Below, one piece after another: positions 63,183 through 64,000 of a DNA stretch of 64,000 nt. Made by a program: the position numbers and the translations under genes. Within the stretch, counting starts at the first letter, position 1. The number at the start of each line of letters is the position of its first letter. The notes under the pieces were generated by a model. It did no database searches, was not told the origin of the DNA, and saw only the letters and a program-made list of their open reading frames with translations. Origin of the DNA: Octopus vulgaris (lineage: Eukaryota); assembly GCA_951406725.2 (NCBI GenBank), contig OX597814.1, positions 214,086,001 through 214,150,000 on the forward strand, read 5' to 3'.

Positions 63183-63540
63183 TATTTAAGAGATGAGGAA
63201 TTATGTACATTATTTACAGTATTTACAAATCGACAGATTTTTGTCCTCATCTTGTTTGTTGTTAACACAACATTTCTGCTGATATACTACTATGCCATAT
63301 GCCCATGGGCATATGGCGTAGTGGTTAAGAGCGCAGGCTACTAACCCCAAGATTCCGAGTTCGATTCCAGGCAGTGACCTGAATAATAATAACAACAACA
63401 ACATTGAAAAATACCTTAGGAATGAGAACCCAGGTTTGAAATTTCCCCAAGATACCTGATGATGGCTGGAGGGTATATCAGCTAAAACGTTGTGTTAACA
63501 ACAAAGAAGATGCGGACAAATATCCATCAATTGTAAATAA
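63183..63540 (+). mobile_element. Palindromic tRNA-headed element carrying a hammerhead motif
   Basis: Symmetry centre GCCCA|TGGGC at 63305/63306. The right arm has an A box (63314-63324), a B box (63357-63368) and an HHR. The left arm is an internally deleted inverted copy. Confidence 0.75.
63451..63496 (+). ncRNA. Type I hammerhead motif (G12A in this copy)
   Basis: GAUAC-CUGAUGA-U-GGCUG..CAGCU-AAAA-CG-UU-GUGUU. The mirrored left arm keeps GAAA (reverse complement of 63262-63287 = GTATATCAGCAGAAATGTTGTGTTAA). Confidence 0.65.
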
Positions 63541-64000
63541 TCATTCTACTCATTATATCATGGAAAGCCGACAGGAAGAGGATGATGACGACACTGATGC
63601 CACATAGACTCATGCTCTTTTAATTAGCAAGTAAACATCTTTTAGCTATGTGAATGTACTTTAATCATTTTAAATTGTTCTGTTATTAAGCAGGTGAATA
63701 TTATGCTTAATCTTATTTCTGGAAAAATCATTATTCCTTGTCTGAGAAATTAATGCTCTGTTACATAGGTTATGTAGAGAATTGTTCAGCTGTGATAATT
63801 TAAAATTAAATAGCCTTGATATGTAAAAGTATTTAGAAATGCAGAAAAACCAATTATGTTTAATATTCACTGTTCTAGGTCTTCTTTGTTTTATCACTTA
63901 GAGGAGGATATTTTCCTCAAATTCCAAAACATAGAAGTAAAGGTTTACTGGAAATGTACTTAAACTCTTTTGATACCAGCTCCAGACTAATATTAACTTC

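Larger units (their letters stand above)
10668..64000 (+). other. Inferred very long first intron of the kinase gene
   Basis: GT donor at 10668. By eye I found no acceptor followed by the expected GKF(A/G)xV continuation. The region is filled with TEs. Confidence 0.45.

Overview
AT-rich, repeat-saturated eukaryotic DNA. The SINE, LINE and MITE families and the microsatellite load look like an octopus (coleoid cephalopod) genome; this is recognition from memory, not a database search. Only one host-gene piece is supportable: a 137-nt first coding exon (10531-10667, +) ending ...INTEPLTSKYSIQGELGR|gt, typical of an STK17/DRAK-like Ser/Thr kinase. It is too short for the ORF track. I found no exon 2, so most of the remaining ~53 kb is probably intron 1. 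The rest is a layered record of mobile elements: three tRNA-headed SINE families (my labels A, B, C), a headless RTE-tailed family with 67-bp pseudoknot-forming repeats (D), RTE, CR1 and R4/Dong LINE fragments, and pogo, Tc1, hAT, piggyBac and Helitron relics. The best novelty candidates are small hammerhead-ribozyme (HHR) retroelements: a TSD-flanked tandem dimer with two minimal type I HHRs (61.8-62.2 kb), a palindromic element joining a tRNA-type Pol III head to an HHR (63.2-63.5 kb), and two degenerate HHRs (45.8 and 50.9 kb). Nearly all listed ORFs are repeat or microsatellite artefacts. Repeat boundaries were read by eye and are approximate unless a TSD or TIR is quoted.
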